Part shown: positions 14,991 to 31,593 of the stretch, in pieces | Position numbering within the stretch: position 1 is the first letter of the stretch | Layout: each line of letters begins with the position of its first letter | From: the human T2T-CHM13v2.0 reference genome, Homo sapiens | Direction: 5' to 3' (one strand) | NCBI RefSeq assembly: GCF_009914755.1 | Contig: NC_060930.1 | Length of the DNA: 64,000 bases | Notes under the pieces: generated by a model | The model's database searches: none | Told to the model about the DNA's origin: nothing | Seen by the model: the letters and a program-made list of their open reading frames with translations, nothing else | Position numbers and translations under genes: made by a program

Positions 14991-15249
14991 ACACTAGGTT
15001 GAGGTAATGCTTCATGATTGTTGAATGTAGGATTTTGGATATGCAGAAACGAATTTCTACCTTAAAGACTGAGGAGCAAAATATAAGGAGACAATGCATT
15101 AAGCCCATCTGTTAATTTTGATTAGTTTTAATATTCTCTTTAATATACTCTTCTGTTTATATAATGTGGGGCTAGTAGACGAAAGAATATCAATATCATT
15201 TGATGATATTAATGTTCTGATTATGCCTACATTCCTTCTACAAATATAT

Positions 15250-15745
15250 ATGGCACAAAATCCAAATGCCAGGAACTGGTCTAGATAAGAGGAATACAGA
15301 CGATTAGACACAGTTCCTATGCTCAGGGGATTTACACTCCACTAGATGATACTTAAGTACACAAACTAAAGAGAGAAAACCCTAAGGGCTATGGAGAAAG
15401 ATGAAGCAGGGAAACTGTTGGAGGGAGAGGGAGGATCTGGAACATCAGCAAAGTCTTCACTAGGGAGGTCCCTTGTGCAGACCAAGGGACAGCCAGGACC
15501 AGCACTAGGAGGACGAGGGAACACAAGCAGAGCAGACAGGTCTGCGGGCCAGGGTGCCGCCAGGATAGGAGGGCTGGCGGGAGAGGCAGGAGGTCACCGC
15601 AGGACCTGAAGGAAATGACTCCTGGCCAGGGGCCAGATCGTGATGGTCTCAAGGGTTGAAGTTTAATTCCGAGAGTAGGGAGAAGGCACTGGAGGACTTG
15701 CACATGGTAGTGATGTCATAGCCTTCATATTTTAGAAGGCATTCT
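15250..15745 (-). mobile_element. L2 fragment
   Basis: gacacagttcctatgctcaggggatttaca...gaaggcactggaggacttg...ttttagaaggcattct resembles antisense L2. Confidence 0.5.
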
Positions 15746-15934
15746 ACATTATAATAATGTGAGATTTACAGAAGAGTTGTAACGACTGCACAGAGCGTCC
15801 TCAGATGCGCTGCACCCCACGTCCGCTGCTGTTAACATCCTACATAACCAGGCCATCTTCCCATAATCCTCTATATTTAAAAGGTGATCTGTCCCCTTAC
15901 TGTATAGAAAATAATTACGAACTAATAATAACGA

Positions 15935-16200
15935 CAATCATTATGAACTAATAACATCGCATGTCAACTGCATCCCAGGAGCTGTTCCGAGTGCTTCGCA
16001 TGGATCACCTCCTTAGTCCTTACGGGCTGCTTTGAGTGTGAGGGCAGGGCTATTGATATTTTCATTATCCCCATTTAATGGATGAGGACAGTGAGGCAGG
16101 GAAAGGTGCATAAACCTGCCCAGTGTCACAAAACTAATATATGGTGAGGCTGCTTTCAAGCTAATATTGGCCAATCCCCAACCCTGAACTCTGGAATAGT
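15935..16200 (-). mobile_element. MIR
   Basis: attatccccatttaatggatgaggacagtgaggcagggaaaggt...cctgcccagtgtcaca (MIR core, antisense). Confidence 0.7.
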
Positions 16201-16620
16201 CTGGGGGAGCAAAACAAGATCCAGGGAGCCCAGTTAGGAGGCTCTGGCTGTGGCCTGTGGTCAGCAGTGCAGCGGTCAGGTGGGAGGTGATGGCACCTGG
16301 GGGCTGGAAGGTGAGGCCAGCAGGTCTTGCTGGTGGGCTGCCCTGTGGAGCAGACAAAGGAAAAGGAGGCAGGGGTTGCGCTGCCACTTTTATCCTGAGG
16401 AACCGGCTGGACAGTGGTGCCTTCTACTGAGAGTAGGAAGACTGGGGAAGAGCGAGAGAGGGCTCGAGGAGTTCTGCTTCGGATGCCACATTGGCAAAGC
16501 TTATAAATTATCCAGTTGTAGCCAAGAGAAGAAGGTGAGTGTTTGGAGAGTAGAGAGTGACACACCAAGTCATGATGCTCAGGGGTCAAATAGGTGGAGG
16601 TGATAGAATTGACTGCTGGA

Positions 16621-16960
<340 letters not shown>

Positions 16961-18184
16961 CTATTTACAAATCAATTTAACACTCTTCAAGATGTAGAAA
17001 TCAACAAAAATTGGTTCATCAATTTTCTGTCCTCAGCCTGTCTCCTCTTCCTCCCAGATCCCCATCCCAGCTCTGTCTTATGAGAGAAACAAGGAAAGAG
17101 AGAAGGAAGGAAAGAAAGAGGGGAAGAGGCTGTGGGCAAGATGGGAGAAGACATCAAGAAACCCAAAGGCAAAGAAAATGATGGCTTTCAAGAAGAGTGG
17201 CAGGCCACACCTCTTCCCTTTGAACAACAAATTCATGTCACTTCTTTCCAATATCAAGACACCCGTAGGACACAATAATATATTTTCTCTCAGATTTTTG
17301 TTAGAATTCAGTCAAACTGTCTGCTTTAGAATTTATTATCTCATGACATGAGCCTCTCATTACAGGGTCACATATTTGATTTATGACATCACCAGTTAAG
17401 TTGTTTCTAGTATAACACTTACACAGTTAAAATATATAAATATTTTTACATAGAAGTTATGAAATTTCAAGTTGACTGAATAACTTGAACAACTAAAAAC
17501 ACTGGTTTTTTTATATTTGAAAATGTAACTACATGTGCAAGAAAATTATAGGTAATAAAATAATAGTGAAGAAAAGAAAAAAATAAGTGAAACAAGAAAA
17601 TAAGGAAACAAGTGGATTACAAAATTATACATTCTAGAGAGGAAAAACAGTCAAATCAGATAGGCAGAAGCAGGGATACCTAAACGAACATGGATCAATA
17701 CAAGTTCTTCAACTACATGAACACTGGTTGGGGGGGTCCCCAAGAAAGCAAAATCCAATGGAAAATGTGACTGTATTGGGTGGGTACCCTTTGTGCTATT
17801 CAAAAGGACAAACAATGCCGTGAGAAATCTAAACCTACAATGTAATTGTTGACTCCATAGTGTGACTATAAAGTAGTGACAAAATAATTATATACTTGTT
17901 TCTATTGTGTGTCAGATAAAACAGCACAAATTCTTGCACCCATGTATTACAAGAACATCAAAGAACACGTTGTCAGTGTTCAAATACGGCAAAAAGTTGA
18001 GAGGGAAGTTTTTCTGGTAATCTCTCACATTCAACAAACCACCGACAACAAGATACTCCAAAGGAACCCACAGTGTGGGGCGAGATGTAGGAATTTCATA
18101 CACACAGACAAGAGGCAGGGGAGCTATGTTATTCAAGCTCAAGAAAAGTATGAAAGTAAAGGCTTCTGTTATGACACTGGGTTT

Positions 18185-18522
18185 TACCTGCTTTCCCATT
18201 GTTGTGTTACAAACCACCCCTTACTTTTTATTCTTTTCACAATCTCTTTCCACGCAGACACTCCATGTGGTTAGCTTGGACTTCCTGACAACATGGTGGC
18301 CTCAATGTATCTGGATTTCTCATATGAAAGCCCAGGACTCTTCACGAAGGCCAAGACGGAAGCTGACAGTCATGTCAAGAGCTAGGCCTGGCAGAGTGTC
18401 TTTTTCCACTGAACTCAGTGCAAGCAGGGTGAGGTCAGCCCAAATTCACAGGGCAGGGAAGTAGAACCTACCTCTCATTGGGAGGGGGATCACATTATTT
18501 GCAGTGATCTTTACTATGCCAC
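18185..18522 (-). mobile_element. Old MaLR LTR (MLT1H/I/J-like)
   Basis: ctccatgtggttagcttggacttcctgacaacatggtggcctc...cagcccaaattcacaggg...acctctcattgggag...tgccaca. Confidence 0.65.
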
Positions 18523-19699
18523 AGGGTTGATCACCTTTATGGCAATTTGATTGCTTATCAGCCAAAAGGAAGGAGGTGGTGCTATAATTTACGGCGGGAA
18601 AGTGAAAAAAGAAAGAACATTCCTGGGTCACTTCTCTAGGCTGCCTCTGACTAACTCCACTGACAACTTTAAATCCACATCAGAGGTTGCATTTGAAACA
18701 GAAAGACAAGAAATACCTGCAACTAATGTTGTCCTGTGGAGTGGCCGGTGGCAGGGGACAGCTGAAAGATCCACACAGAAGGACAGGGGACTTGCAGACA
18801 TGGGGTCGGGGTGAGGAGTGGGGACTGCAAGGAGACTGACAGCGTGGAGCTGCCAGCTGTACAAAGCTTGCTATACCTATCAGGGTTGAGGACCCATTTT
18901 TGTGTTTCGACACATTCTTGGCACGTTCCCCTTGAGCATGAGGCAGAACGCAACTGCCTTTGCTTATTTTATCTAGAGAATGATGACCAAGGTGCTCTTT
19001 CCCTAAAGAGAAGGCAGAACAAGAGGAGAGAAACACATTACTATGGTTGGAGGTTAAAAAAAAACACTTTTCTGGAAATAAAAGTTATTCACCACTAAAA
19101 CAGTTTACACCTAAAAGTCAGAGAATCACTTATTTGGAAGATTTCTATCTTTACTAGTGCTTATTGTATAGGAAAACAACTATTTAAACAATACTCTTCA
19201 CAATATGTATGTTTTTCTTTTTCTGACATTGTTTTCCAACTTTGGTTTGCTATTTTTTCCCTTTATTCCTCAACTTGTCTCCCACTTCTCAGCCTCCATT
19301 CATGTCTGCCTTGCCTTTCACCCACCAGTGGTCCCAGCGATATCGACAAGAAACCCCTAGGAACATTTAGCACACACAAAAAAAGCCTACTAAATCCCTT
19401 CCTGGTGGTCCCTATGCTCATAATTAAGTCGGTGCATTTCTGTCTGGAAGGAGAGTTACACTAGATTATTTTTCTGATCATTTAAGAGCTAGTGCCCATT
19501 AGTTATAACAATGGTTGTAGGAGAATGAAAGTGCTGACCAACTCCTATCTTTGCCTACACAATAGTTCTCTACCTCTTTCTTCCCTGAAGATGATTTGAT
19601 GCAAGACCTGGCCTGAGAGCCTTCCATGTCTCGGCAGCAGGGACTCTCTGACTCAGAGAATTGATGGCTAATCTCAGTTTGCCTCAAGAATCCTATTCT

Positions 19700-20082
19700 C
19701 CGTGTACAGTGACTGTATTAGGAGTGTTCATAGGACCTAGTCTTGGCCAATGAAAAGTACCGGGAAGACTGCTGGGGGCTTCTGGGGAGTCTATCACTTC
19801 CTGATACCTAGAGAGAAATTCAAAAGAACAAGAGGCTTTGGGCCTCACGCTTTTCCTCCTGTTTGGATTCCAGGGTGATGAGATGTTATCTTGAGCTGCA
19901 GCACCTGTGGGCATGGGGTGATGAACACATGCCGAAAGGAGGAGCCCAGGGCTTCACAGAAGTGTTAGCTCCTAAACAGAGCCCTCACCTGCCAACCTCT
20001 GGACTTCTCATAACTAAACAGCAAATGTTCTCAGGTTTCAGACCTCAGCTGGTCAGGTTTTCTGTTATTGTAGCTAAAGGAA
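19700..20082 (+). mobile_element. Old MaLR LTR fragment (MLT1J/K-like)
   Basis: ctgccaacctctggacttctc...gtcaggttttctgttattgtagctaaa is a typical MLT1 3' half; boundaries approximate. Confidence 0.5.
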
Positions 20083-20084
20083 GC

Positions 20085-20582
20085 TGTGCTCCATGAATAT
20101 TTTCATATTTCACATTTCTGCATAGCTAGGGCTTATTGAGTAAGGATTACTGGCAACCCAAGTTAAAGAATGACCGAATGGTGAACATGCCTTGGAATTC
20201 GAGATAGTGACTTGTTCCTGTGACATGTAAAGGCTCATCTCCTCTGCAGCCATTCACTTACCCAGGGGTGACAAAACTGGGGACCTTTCTCTCCTTTCTT
20301 CAGAGAAGATTCTTCCACATTCCCGGACAAAACTTCCTGCCTTGCTGCCCTCCACCCCCGACTCTCTCTCTCTCTCTCTGGAGTGGAGAAGGGACAAGTG
20401 TGACAGTTACTCTATGTAAGCTCCAAGTTTCATAATTCCAGAGGTCCTCTCCTGGGGAGAAAGCCCTGCCCATGCAGGCACATGTGGCCCTCACTGTACC
20501 ATACCATGGGAGATTAGTGCATGAGGTACTGGTGCTGCTATGATGTTCTGTGAGTAAATAAAAGGTCTGTCCTCTGATCCAG
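20085..20582 (+). mobile_element. ERVL-class LTR fragment (MER74/MER73/MER54-like)
   Basis: tgtgctccatgaatattttcatatttc...ctgtgagtaaataaaaggtctgtcctctgatccag resembles this group, including its AATAAA region; 3' end missing. Confidence 0.45.
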
Positions 20583-20587
20583 CGTGC

Positions 20588-20612
20588 GCACACACACACA
20601 CACACACACACA
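20588..20612. repeat. (CA)n microsatellite
   Basis: gcgtgcgcacacaca... alternating purine-pyrimidine run. Confidence 0.9.
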
Positions 20613-20802
20613 TATTCTAAACCCACATACACACATGTGTGCGTACACACAGTTAGGGTAGTTCATGTACCTACTTAAATGCATGCACAATTCTGTGTGT
20701 GCATTTTTCTTAGTGCAGAAGGGGAGAAGGTCCTATGGTTTTAATCAGATTCTCAAAGGTGTCAGTAATCAAAACAAAACATAACAAAATTAAGAACTAG
20801 TT

Positions 20803-20920
20803 ACTAGAGTATAAATCTCTTGAGGAAAATAACATTGTCTTAATATCTGTAGGGCCTAGCACAGTGTTTGACATGCAGCAGATGCTCAATAAAAGCTTCC
20901 TAATTGAATGAATAGATAAA
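20803..20920 (+). mobile_element. L2 3' terminus
   Basis: gggcctagcacagtgtttgacatgcagcagatgctcaataaa...ttgaatgaat. Confidence 0.7.
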
Positions 20921-21562
20921 TTAGTTGTGTGGTCCTCCAACTATGCTCGATGCCTAGTGCTCTGGGTGAAAGAAACAAGTATGTGACATTTAAATACAAA
21001 CTCATAAGCCATAAACTCATAGAAACAGATGTATACACGACAAACTTGCATTTATCAGCATGAAAGTCTGATAAAGCTCTATATTGAGAAACATTCAATT
21101 GTATGATAGCATGGAACATAATTTTGTACATCCAAATGTTAATTATAAGAGAGAGAAAAGACCTGCAAATGAAAGAGAGAGATCACCGTGAGTTATCTAC
21201 TTAACATACGGGCTTGGTCACATTAAGCATTCATTCTGCATTTAAGCATTCTGAATCTTAAGAATTTTAATTTGCCTTCTTAGCAATGAGAGGCTGGAGT
21301 AAAAACCCAAAACATATACACGCATATGATTTCTATATTATATGAATTTTGTATAAAACATGATTATCTTTCTCTAATTCATTAGCTAGTTTATCATAAG
21401 CATCCACTCGATGGAATGTGTTTTTCTTCCTTCAAAGCATAAGATACAGGATATTTAACAATATATGTTACGAAAGTATGTACAGCAGATAGATTAGTAA
21501 ACTCTTCTTGTAACATACTTCTTCCAACTATCCTTTTTCTTTGGATGTTGGGTGGCCATGGA

Positions 21563-22010
21563 TGTTATGGGTTGAATTTACTCCCCAAAGAGATATGTTC
21601 AAGTCTTAACCCTAAGTACCAATGAATATAACCTCATTTGGGAATAAAATCTTTGTAGAAGTAATCAAATTAAGATAAGGTCATGAGGGTGGGCCCTAAT
21701 ACAATATAACTCTTGTCCTTGTAAGAAGAAAAGAGACACAAAGACACACAGAGACAAAGCCATGTGATAACAGATCAGCTGTCTGAGTGATGCAGCCACA
21801 AGCCGAGGAATGCCGACTCCTGGCAACACCAAAGCTCAGACAAGGGGTGGGAGCAGATCCTTCCCAGAGCCTTCAGAGGGAGCTCAGTCCTGCCAACAAC
21901 TTGATTGCAGACTTCAGGCTCCCAGGACAATGAGACAGTAAGTTCCTGTTGTTTTAAGCCATCCAAGCTTGTGGCAGATTGTTTTTTGGCAGCCCTGGGA
22001 AACTAATACA
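21563..22010 (+). mobile_element. MLT1C-like MaLR solo LTR, full length
   Basis: tgttatgggttgaatt...agccttcagagggag...ttgttttaagccatcc...gcagccctgggaaactaataca; 5-bp flanks atgga/atggg. Confidence 0.9.
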
Positions 22011-23918
22011 ATGGGTGACAATGGATATATTCTTGTGACTCAGATCCTGCTAGTGCAATGTTGATTTCCATCTGTCACTATATAAAATCATTGACACTCA
22101 GATGGGAGGAGACAGATCAAAGGAGATCAAATCATAGAAAATAGAAGGATCTGAGAAGACCATTCTTTTAACATGCAATTGCCACTTAACCTAACCAAAA
22201 GATGTATTTTGTAACTTATCCTTAAGACTATTGTTCTGATAAAAATAACGTTTCTTTAGAGTTCTGAAATTCAAGAGCAAAATGATTGCCTCATTGGAAT
22301 TACAGTTGACTTACATTTGAGACAGGGCATCTTGGACATGTCATTTGAAAATAAGGAAGGCATTGGACTTCCCTTTATACCAGGTAAACTTTCATTAAAT
22401 TCAACCAAAGCCTGGCTTACAGCAATTTCTGTGCTCCCATCAGCTTGAATTGTTCTAGCTGTGTTTGGCAGTGCTGGGATAGGGATGGGGTAACATAATG
22501 ATCTCTCGCTAGCTACCCAGTTTTCTATTTCTCATTTGTTCTTAAAAGCCTCAAACACTCCCAAAGTATTTTCTTAAAAATTGGGCTTTCGTTTATTTTT
22601 GGAAAGAAAACAATCAAATGTTGATGGGTGAGGAATGTACAGAGACAGCAACACAGGGATTCTCAAATGTTTCTGCTACTGGGTGTCTATGATGACAAAG
22701 GCGAGACCCAATGGTGCAATTTTCCCAAACATCCCGCACACGTGAAAACACCATGTTTGTTTCTTCAACCACTTCTTTAAAATCTGTTATATTAACATTC
22801 AATTAATGATATAATTTCTTTTTATTGTACAGTTCATTTTCTTAGAAAAGCTCTGGGTATTGAATCCTTAGAAGTTCCCCAAATTGCTATTTTGAATAGC
22901 CTAATTTTTATTCCTTACTTGGTATTATTATTTCTTCTTTCTCTCATCCTTTTCTGTTATTTCTCTACCCCTTTTCTTTGTGCATTTTGATCAGCTAGAG
23001 TTATATTCTTTTCCACTCCCAGAGGATACTTCAAATCCCATCACCCTCTCTGAACGGTCTTCCTTTTCTATCCTCATTCATCTGGGTGGACTTCTTCCAA
23101 CTGCATCCTCCTGTTCAAATCCATGCTTGCCTGGGATCACACTGAGTCAGTGATTCTGATGGTAATTTTTTCAACAAGCATTTGTTAATCATTCTCTGTC
23201 CAAGTAGTAGGTCATAATAATTAGATACTTTAGGTAAGAGATAATTTGGGCCCAGTTTCTACCCTCTAGGTATGTCTTTATTGATATACCCAGACAGTAC
23301 TAGTTAGTTAGTTAATATACTCCGTATACAATATACTCTAGAAAATTACGGTTCTGTTGAACTGGCATGCTTTTGTTAATGCAGATTGATGCTACATCTC
23401 CAACACTAACCTCAGTTAAACTTTTTACCTAAGACAAGGCATATTATGGGGATATATGTGTGGGAAAGAAGAAAATGTTCTCACCTACTAGATGGGTCTT
23501 TCTTTCCTTTCTTATTTCATTCTTTCTTTCCCTTTTCCCTTCCTCCCTGATTCCCCTTTTCTCTCTTTCTTCTCAGAAGACACTATTAAAGCAGCTAAGT
23601 CATAATCTTACAGGTCAGGGCAAAAATTAGAAAACTATTCAAAACCACTATTACCCAACTCCTAGGGAAAAAAATAAACCAAACTCCTATTAAAAAATTC
23701 ATTACAGTTACCCTTGGGAATCATTCTTTCATCCATTCACTCATAATTCATCAGTGTATTTATTATTGAAAATTCCTAAGTGTCAGCTTACAACAAAGTC
23801 ATCCTAAACTATATGAATCTTTTCTAAATAATCAAGACTGTATCTCAAATTACTCAACATTACATTTCTAAGAATTTACCATTTGACTTCATATTGAATA
23901 TATTTGTTTTTCTATTTA

Positions 23919-24210
23919 TGTCTTAGTCTGTTCAGGCTATTACGACAAAATACCATAAACTGGGTAGCTTAGACAAAAAAAATTTATTTCTCACAGTTCT
24001 GGAGGCTGGGAAGTCCAAGATCAAGGTGCTGGCAGATTTGGTGTCTGCTGAAGGCTTCTTCCCCATTGGTAGTGCTCCTAGTTGTGTCCTCACTTGGTGA
24101 AAGGGGCAAACAAGCTCCTTTGGGTCTATTAGATAAGGGTACTAATCCAGTCATGTGGACTCTGCCCTCATGATCTTGTAACTCCCCAAAGGCCCTACCT
24201 CTTCATACTA
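23919..24210 (-). mobile_element. MLT1A/MST-type MaLR LTR, 5' end missing
   Basis: tgtcttagtctgttcaggct...tttctcacagttctggaggctgggaagtccaagatcaaggtgctggcagatttggtgtctg. Confidence 0.85.
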
Positions 24211-24316
24211 TATTTTGGAATACTTTGAGGAGAATTAACATTAATTCTTCTTTAAGTATTTGGTAGAATTCAGCAATAAGGCCATCAGATCCTGGGCTTT
24301 TCTTTGATGGAAATGT
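24211..24316 (-). mobile_element. Isolated L1 ORF2 fragment
   Basis: Translates as [32 protein letters not shown], matching the L1 ORF2 motif KSPGPDGFTAEFYQ just N-terminal to the RT core. Confidence 0.85.
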
Positions 24317-24330
24317 ATAGAAATGTCTAA

Positions 24331-24634
<304 letters not shown>

Positions 24635-24856
24635 ATATAGTGGATTTTAAGTCATCATTATTTAAGACACAATGTATTTAGCAAAACTAAAAACTGTTAT
24701 TTTTTTAACAGGGTGCATGTAATGCTGTATTTAAATATCAAAAGAAGCTAATTCAATGTGATGAAGTAAAATAATTCGTATCACTTGCCATCTTTCAGTG
24801 GTTGACTAAAGCTGTTATCTAATAACCATATTTTTATCTAAGTATATTTAGGGGAG

Positions 24857-24858
<2 letters not shown>

Positions 24859-24888
<30 letters not shown>

Positions 24889-25000
24889 ATTTGCCTATCG
24901 ATTTACCTACCTATCTTATCTATGTAATCTATTTTATCCAATCAATCAATCTAATCAACCAACCATTCAATGTATCTCTCTATTTATCTATCATCTGTCT
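24859..25000. repeat. (TATC)7 tetranucleotide STR with a degenerate TATC/CAAT extension
   Basis: tatctatctatc... at 24859-24888, followed by ctac/caat variants. Confidence 0.9.
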
Positions 25001-25931
25001 TCCAAAGTAACTTTCCAAACACAATTAGAATTTGTGCTATTTCTACGTATGACACTGAATTTTTACATCAATTACTTAAGCTATAAAAAAAACCTTCCAC
25101 AGAAATAATCTTACTAAAACAAAACTGGGTGCAAGTGAAATTCAACACCGGCTTGTCTCCCAGTAGCCTTAGCATCTCTGCTATAATTTACTGAGAGTAT
25201 AAAAGTGCTCATTCATTTGGACTTACTTCTGTTTGTTGCATAGGGCCTGTTAGTCATGCTATATTTCCTTACAAAATGTTAACATTGAGTTGTCCCTCAA
25301 GGAATATTTTAATGTGAGAGAGAAGTGTCAAGGTTAGAACTGCTGAGAGATTTGCTCTCTGTAGACTGCTGGACTGTAAATAATCAGCCATCTCCAGCAT
25401 CAAGTGATTGCTCAAAAGATAGGATTTCTTTCTCTGAACTTAAAAATTTAGCATAACTTGTATTTACTTCATTTCAACATTTAGATCTGCATTTCAGAGC
25501 ACTTTAAGAATGTGTTGGTAACTTATTAGGCCAATACTAATGCAGCTCAGCAAATGAATGCTTATTATGAGTAAACTAAGAACTCTAGGGAATATAAACA
25601 AGATCTAATCCTTGCCCTCAAAGAGCCCACAGCTTAGTTGAGGGGATACATAAACAAATATTTAAGTACAGTAAGAGGCAGACTGATAATGGTACTAATA
25701 AAGACTTCTGTTTTTATAAAGGTCTACACAGTTTTCAAAGCCCTTCACCCACATTACTTCCCTTGACCTGAACAAGAAATATTTCCAGTAGACCAGAAAG
25801 ACTGAATCATCCTTAGTTTAGAAACAAGGAAAATGAGAATCACAACATTAAGGGTTGGATCCACATTCATAAGCGTAGCAGCAACAGTGCTAAATTGCCG
25901 ATTTTTTTTTGGCACCATATTGACTATCTTC

Positions 25932-26314
25932 TGTGAAAATAATTAAATGGGAGGCCATCAGACAGAGGTGGCTCTAAAACCCCGGGTTCCTAAATCAGCA
26001 AACTGAAATATAACTCAGACTCATTTCCTATGATCGGCTAATTTAAAAGATGAAACTTGAACTCAGCTGATCACAGGCAGTCAACTTGGAATTAGTTATA
26101 TTGTTCTGAACTTCCCATGGGAATCGTCCAAATAAGGTAATTGTTCAAACTTTAGCCAATTACATAATTTATTTGCTTCCAAATTTATCCTATAAAAGCT
26201 TTCCCTTCAATGACCTGTGGTGGAGCTCTGACCACTTGTGGCTAGATTCATAAATCACTGTTTGCGCACATAAGCTGTTTAAAATTTTAATACGCCTTAG
26301 TTTATCTTTTAACA
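25932..26314 (+). mobile_element. MER57-family ERV1 solo LTR
   Basis: tgtgaaaataattaaatgggaggccatcagacagaggtggctcta...tttatcttttaaca; perfect 4-bp TSD cttc (25928-25931, 26315-26318). Confidence 0.88.
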
Positions 26315-26634
26315 CTTCTATTTTATTCACTCTTCCCTCTGTGTTCTGAAATTTTGTTGACCTCTCTTACCTGACTTTTATCTTCTCTCTAACTCTTTGT
26401 GTTCTTGTGGACTTACACTATTTTAACTCCTTCCGTATCATTTTGATGGGGTTTGGGGAAGTAGCAGATATATGGAACTTCTTCAGGAACCCATGTGGGA
26501 CAAAATTATTTCCATAAGCTCTGGGAATGCCTCACAGAGGACAGCAAATTTGACCTGGGTCTTTAGAAATGAGTAAGATTAGAGTGAGCTGCTGAGCTGA
26601 AAGGGAAATCCAAGAGAAGGAGGAAAATGGGAGA

Positions 26635-26894
26635 AGCTATGGTCTGAATGTTTATGTCTCTCATGAGTGTCCATGCATCTCAATTAGTACCCGTATAAAA
26701 CAGCCCCTTCTACTATGTGAGGATGCATAAGAGGGCACCATCTATGAGGAAGTGGGCCCTCGCCAGACACCAAATCTGCCAGAGACTTTGTCTTGGACTG
26801 CCAAGCCTCCAGAACTGTGAGCAATAAAATTCTGTTGTTTATAAGCCACCTGGTCTATGGGATCTCATTATAGCAGCCCAGATGGACTAAGACA
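26635..26894 (+). mobile_element. MLT1A-type MaLR solo LTR with an internal deletion
   Basis: gctatggtctgaatgtttatgtc...ccagacaccaaatctgcc...cctccagaactgtgagcaataaa...ggactaagaca; 5-bp TSD ggaga. Confidence 0.88.
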
Positions 26895-27234
26895 GGAGAC
26901 TTTTAAGCCCACATGATAAGCTACGTTAATATAGAGATCAATGCTTTTCTTTTTTTTCCAGGGTTGAACCTTAAAAAGAGGTCAACTATTTGAAACTAAA
27001 CAAGTTCTTGTAAATTAAAAAAAGCACCTTCAAAACACAGAGACAATCCAGACCATTTAGTTTAAGACATAACTTTGAGCCTTTCAGCTAGAGCGGGTTT
27101 TCAAAGTAGGAGTCATGAAGCTGCCTCCAGGAGGATGGCATTCTTTACACAACAGAAAGCCTCCACCATGGTGATATGGATGGGGGTGCAGAAGACAAAC
27201 TTAGCCTCCAATCTACTCGGCTAACAACTCCCTA

Positions 27235-27714
<480 letters not shown>

Positions 27715-28033
27715 TTAAGAGACACCATAAAGGGATTTACTTGTTACTGAAAATCTTAGATTAGCTTTTTTCTCTTTGATTAAAAAATAACATAAATTAG
27801 AATAAAATACAGATTTAAATTTATATTCTATTTTATTCTATATTTTAGAGAAACATATTTGAGTTCCTCAACATCTAATATTTCTGCATTCTCACAGTAT
27901 TTCTGTGATGTAATTTTTCAAAGGATCTGTGTACCATCCACCCCTTTCAAAGCTGAGAATTTCATATTAGATCATTGCAGCTTTGGAGAAAAATGCATTA
28001 AAATATAACAGTTCACATTCTTTTGTGAGAAAA

Positions 28034-28140
28034 CATATATACAGCTATGTACCCGTATGTGTATATGTGCATATATATTACATGTACATATAGAATGTAC
28101 ATGTGCACACAGACACATATACATTTACACACATATGTAT
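28034..28140. repeat. Degenerate (TATG/CATA)n low-complexity repeat
   Basis: acatatatacagctatgtacccgtatgtgtatatgtgcatatat...acacatatgtat. Confidence 0.75.
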
Positions 28141-28184
28141 TTTGATATTTCAAATGCTCAATGCAGCATGGCCATAGGTAATAG

Positions 28185-28563
<379 letters not shown>

Positions 28564-28949
28564 GGACTACCCTCTCTAAAGAACAATGCCAAGCAGAAAT
28601 TACAACCCTCTGATGAGTGGCATATAGAGAAAAGCATCCTATGGTATCAGCCAGAGGAGAAAATAGGGGCTCTACAGCAAGATGCGGACATGTGTGCAAA
28701 CACCCTGAGCCAAGAGTTTCCTCAGGAACCAACCATAAGCTCTTTGGGGGCCTGTGGTGGTGGTAGTCCTAGGAGGTGGAGATGGGGGTTCGAGGAAATG
28801 CAGAAGGTTTTGTATGTAATGAAGTGTTTTCTTTTCATGGACAGAGACTGTTTTTCTATCCCAAAGGTCTGGGGGAGCCATAAAAACATTTTAGGGAAAA
28901 TGTCATCAATTCCTGTTTTAGAGTCACAATGGCAGGGTTGGTGTGAAGA

Positions 28950-29195
28950 ACAGGCTGATATTGGAAGGCCAATGTGGAAGCTGCTCAACTCTCCAGTTAA
29001 GTGTGATGTGAGCGTACACTAAACACACAGCAGGAGGAAGGGAGGCTGGGAGACACATTTAAGAGCTAACTAGTAGGTAGCATTGAGAGGAGTTGGTGAC
29101 TACCTAGATGTGGTAAAAGAAGGAGTCTGGGATGACTTCAGGGTTTCCAATTTTGACCAGTAGGGATGGTGGTGACAGTAACTGAAAAAAGAAAA
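28950..29195 (-). mobile_element. L2 fragment
   Basis: ggagttggtgactacctagatgtgg...gagtctgggatgacttcagggtttcc...gatggtggtgacagtaactga. Confidence 0.55.
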
Positions 29196-29202
29196 ACAAG
29201 TG

Positions 29203-31593
<2,391 letters not shown>

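Noticed and set aside
17909-18464. Overlapping 121-aa and 129-aa ORFs
   Set aside because: No recognisable domain; they run into an MLT1 LTR, and the 5' part may be another old LTR fragment.
23498-23620. Pyrimidine tract plus a possible short exon; similar acceptors near 40430, 45756 and 46895
   Set aside because: Donors are weak or absent and the candidates do not link into a consistent reading frame, so they cannot be supported without RNA data.
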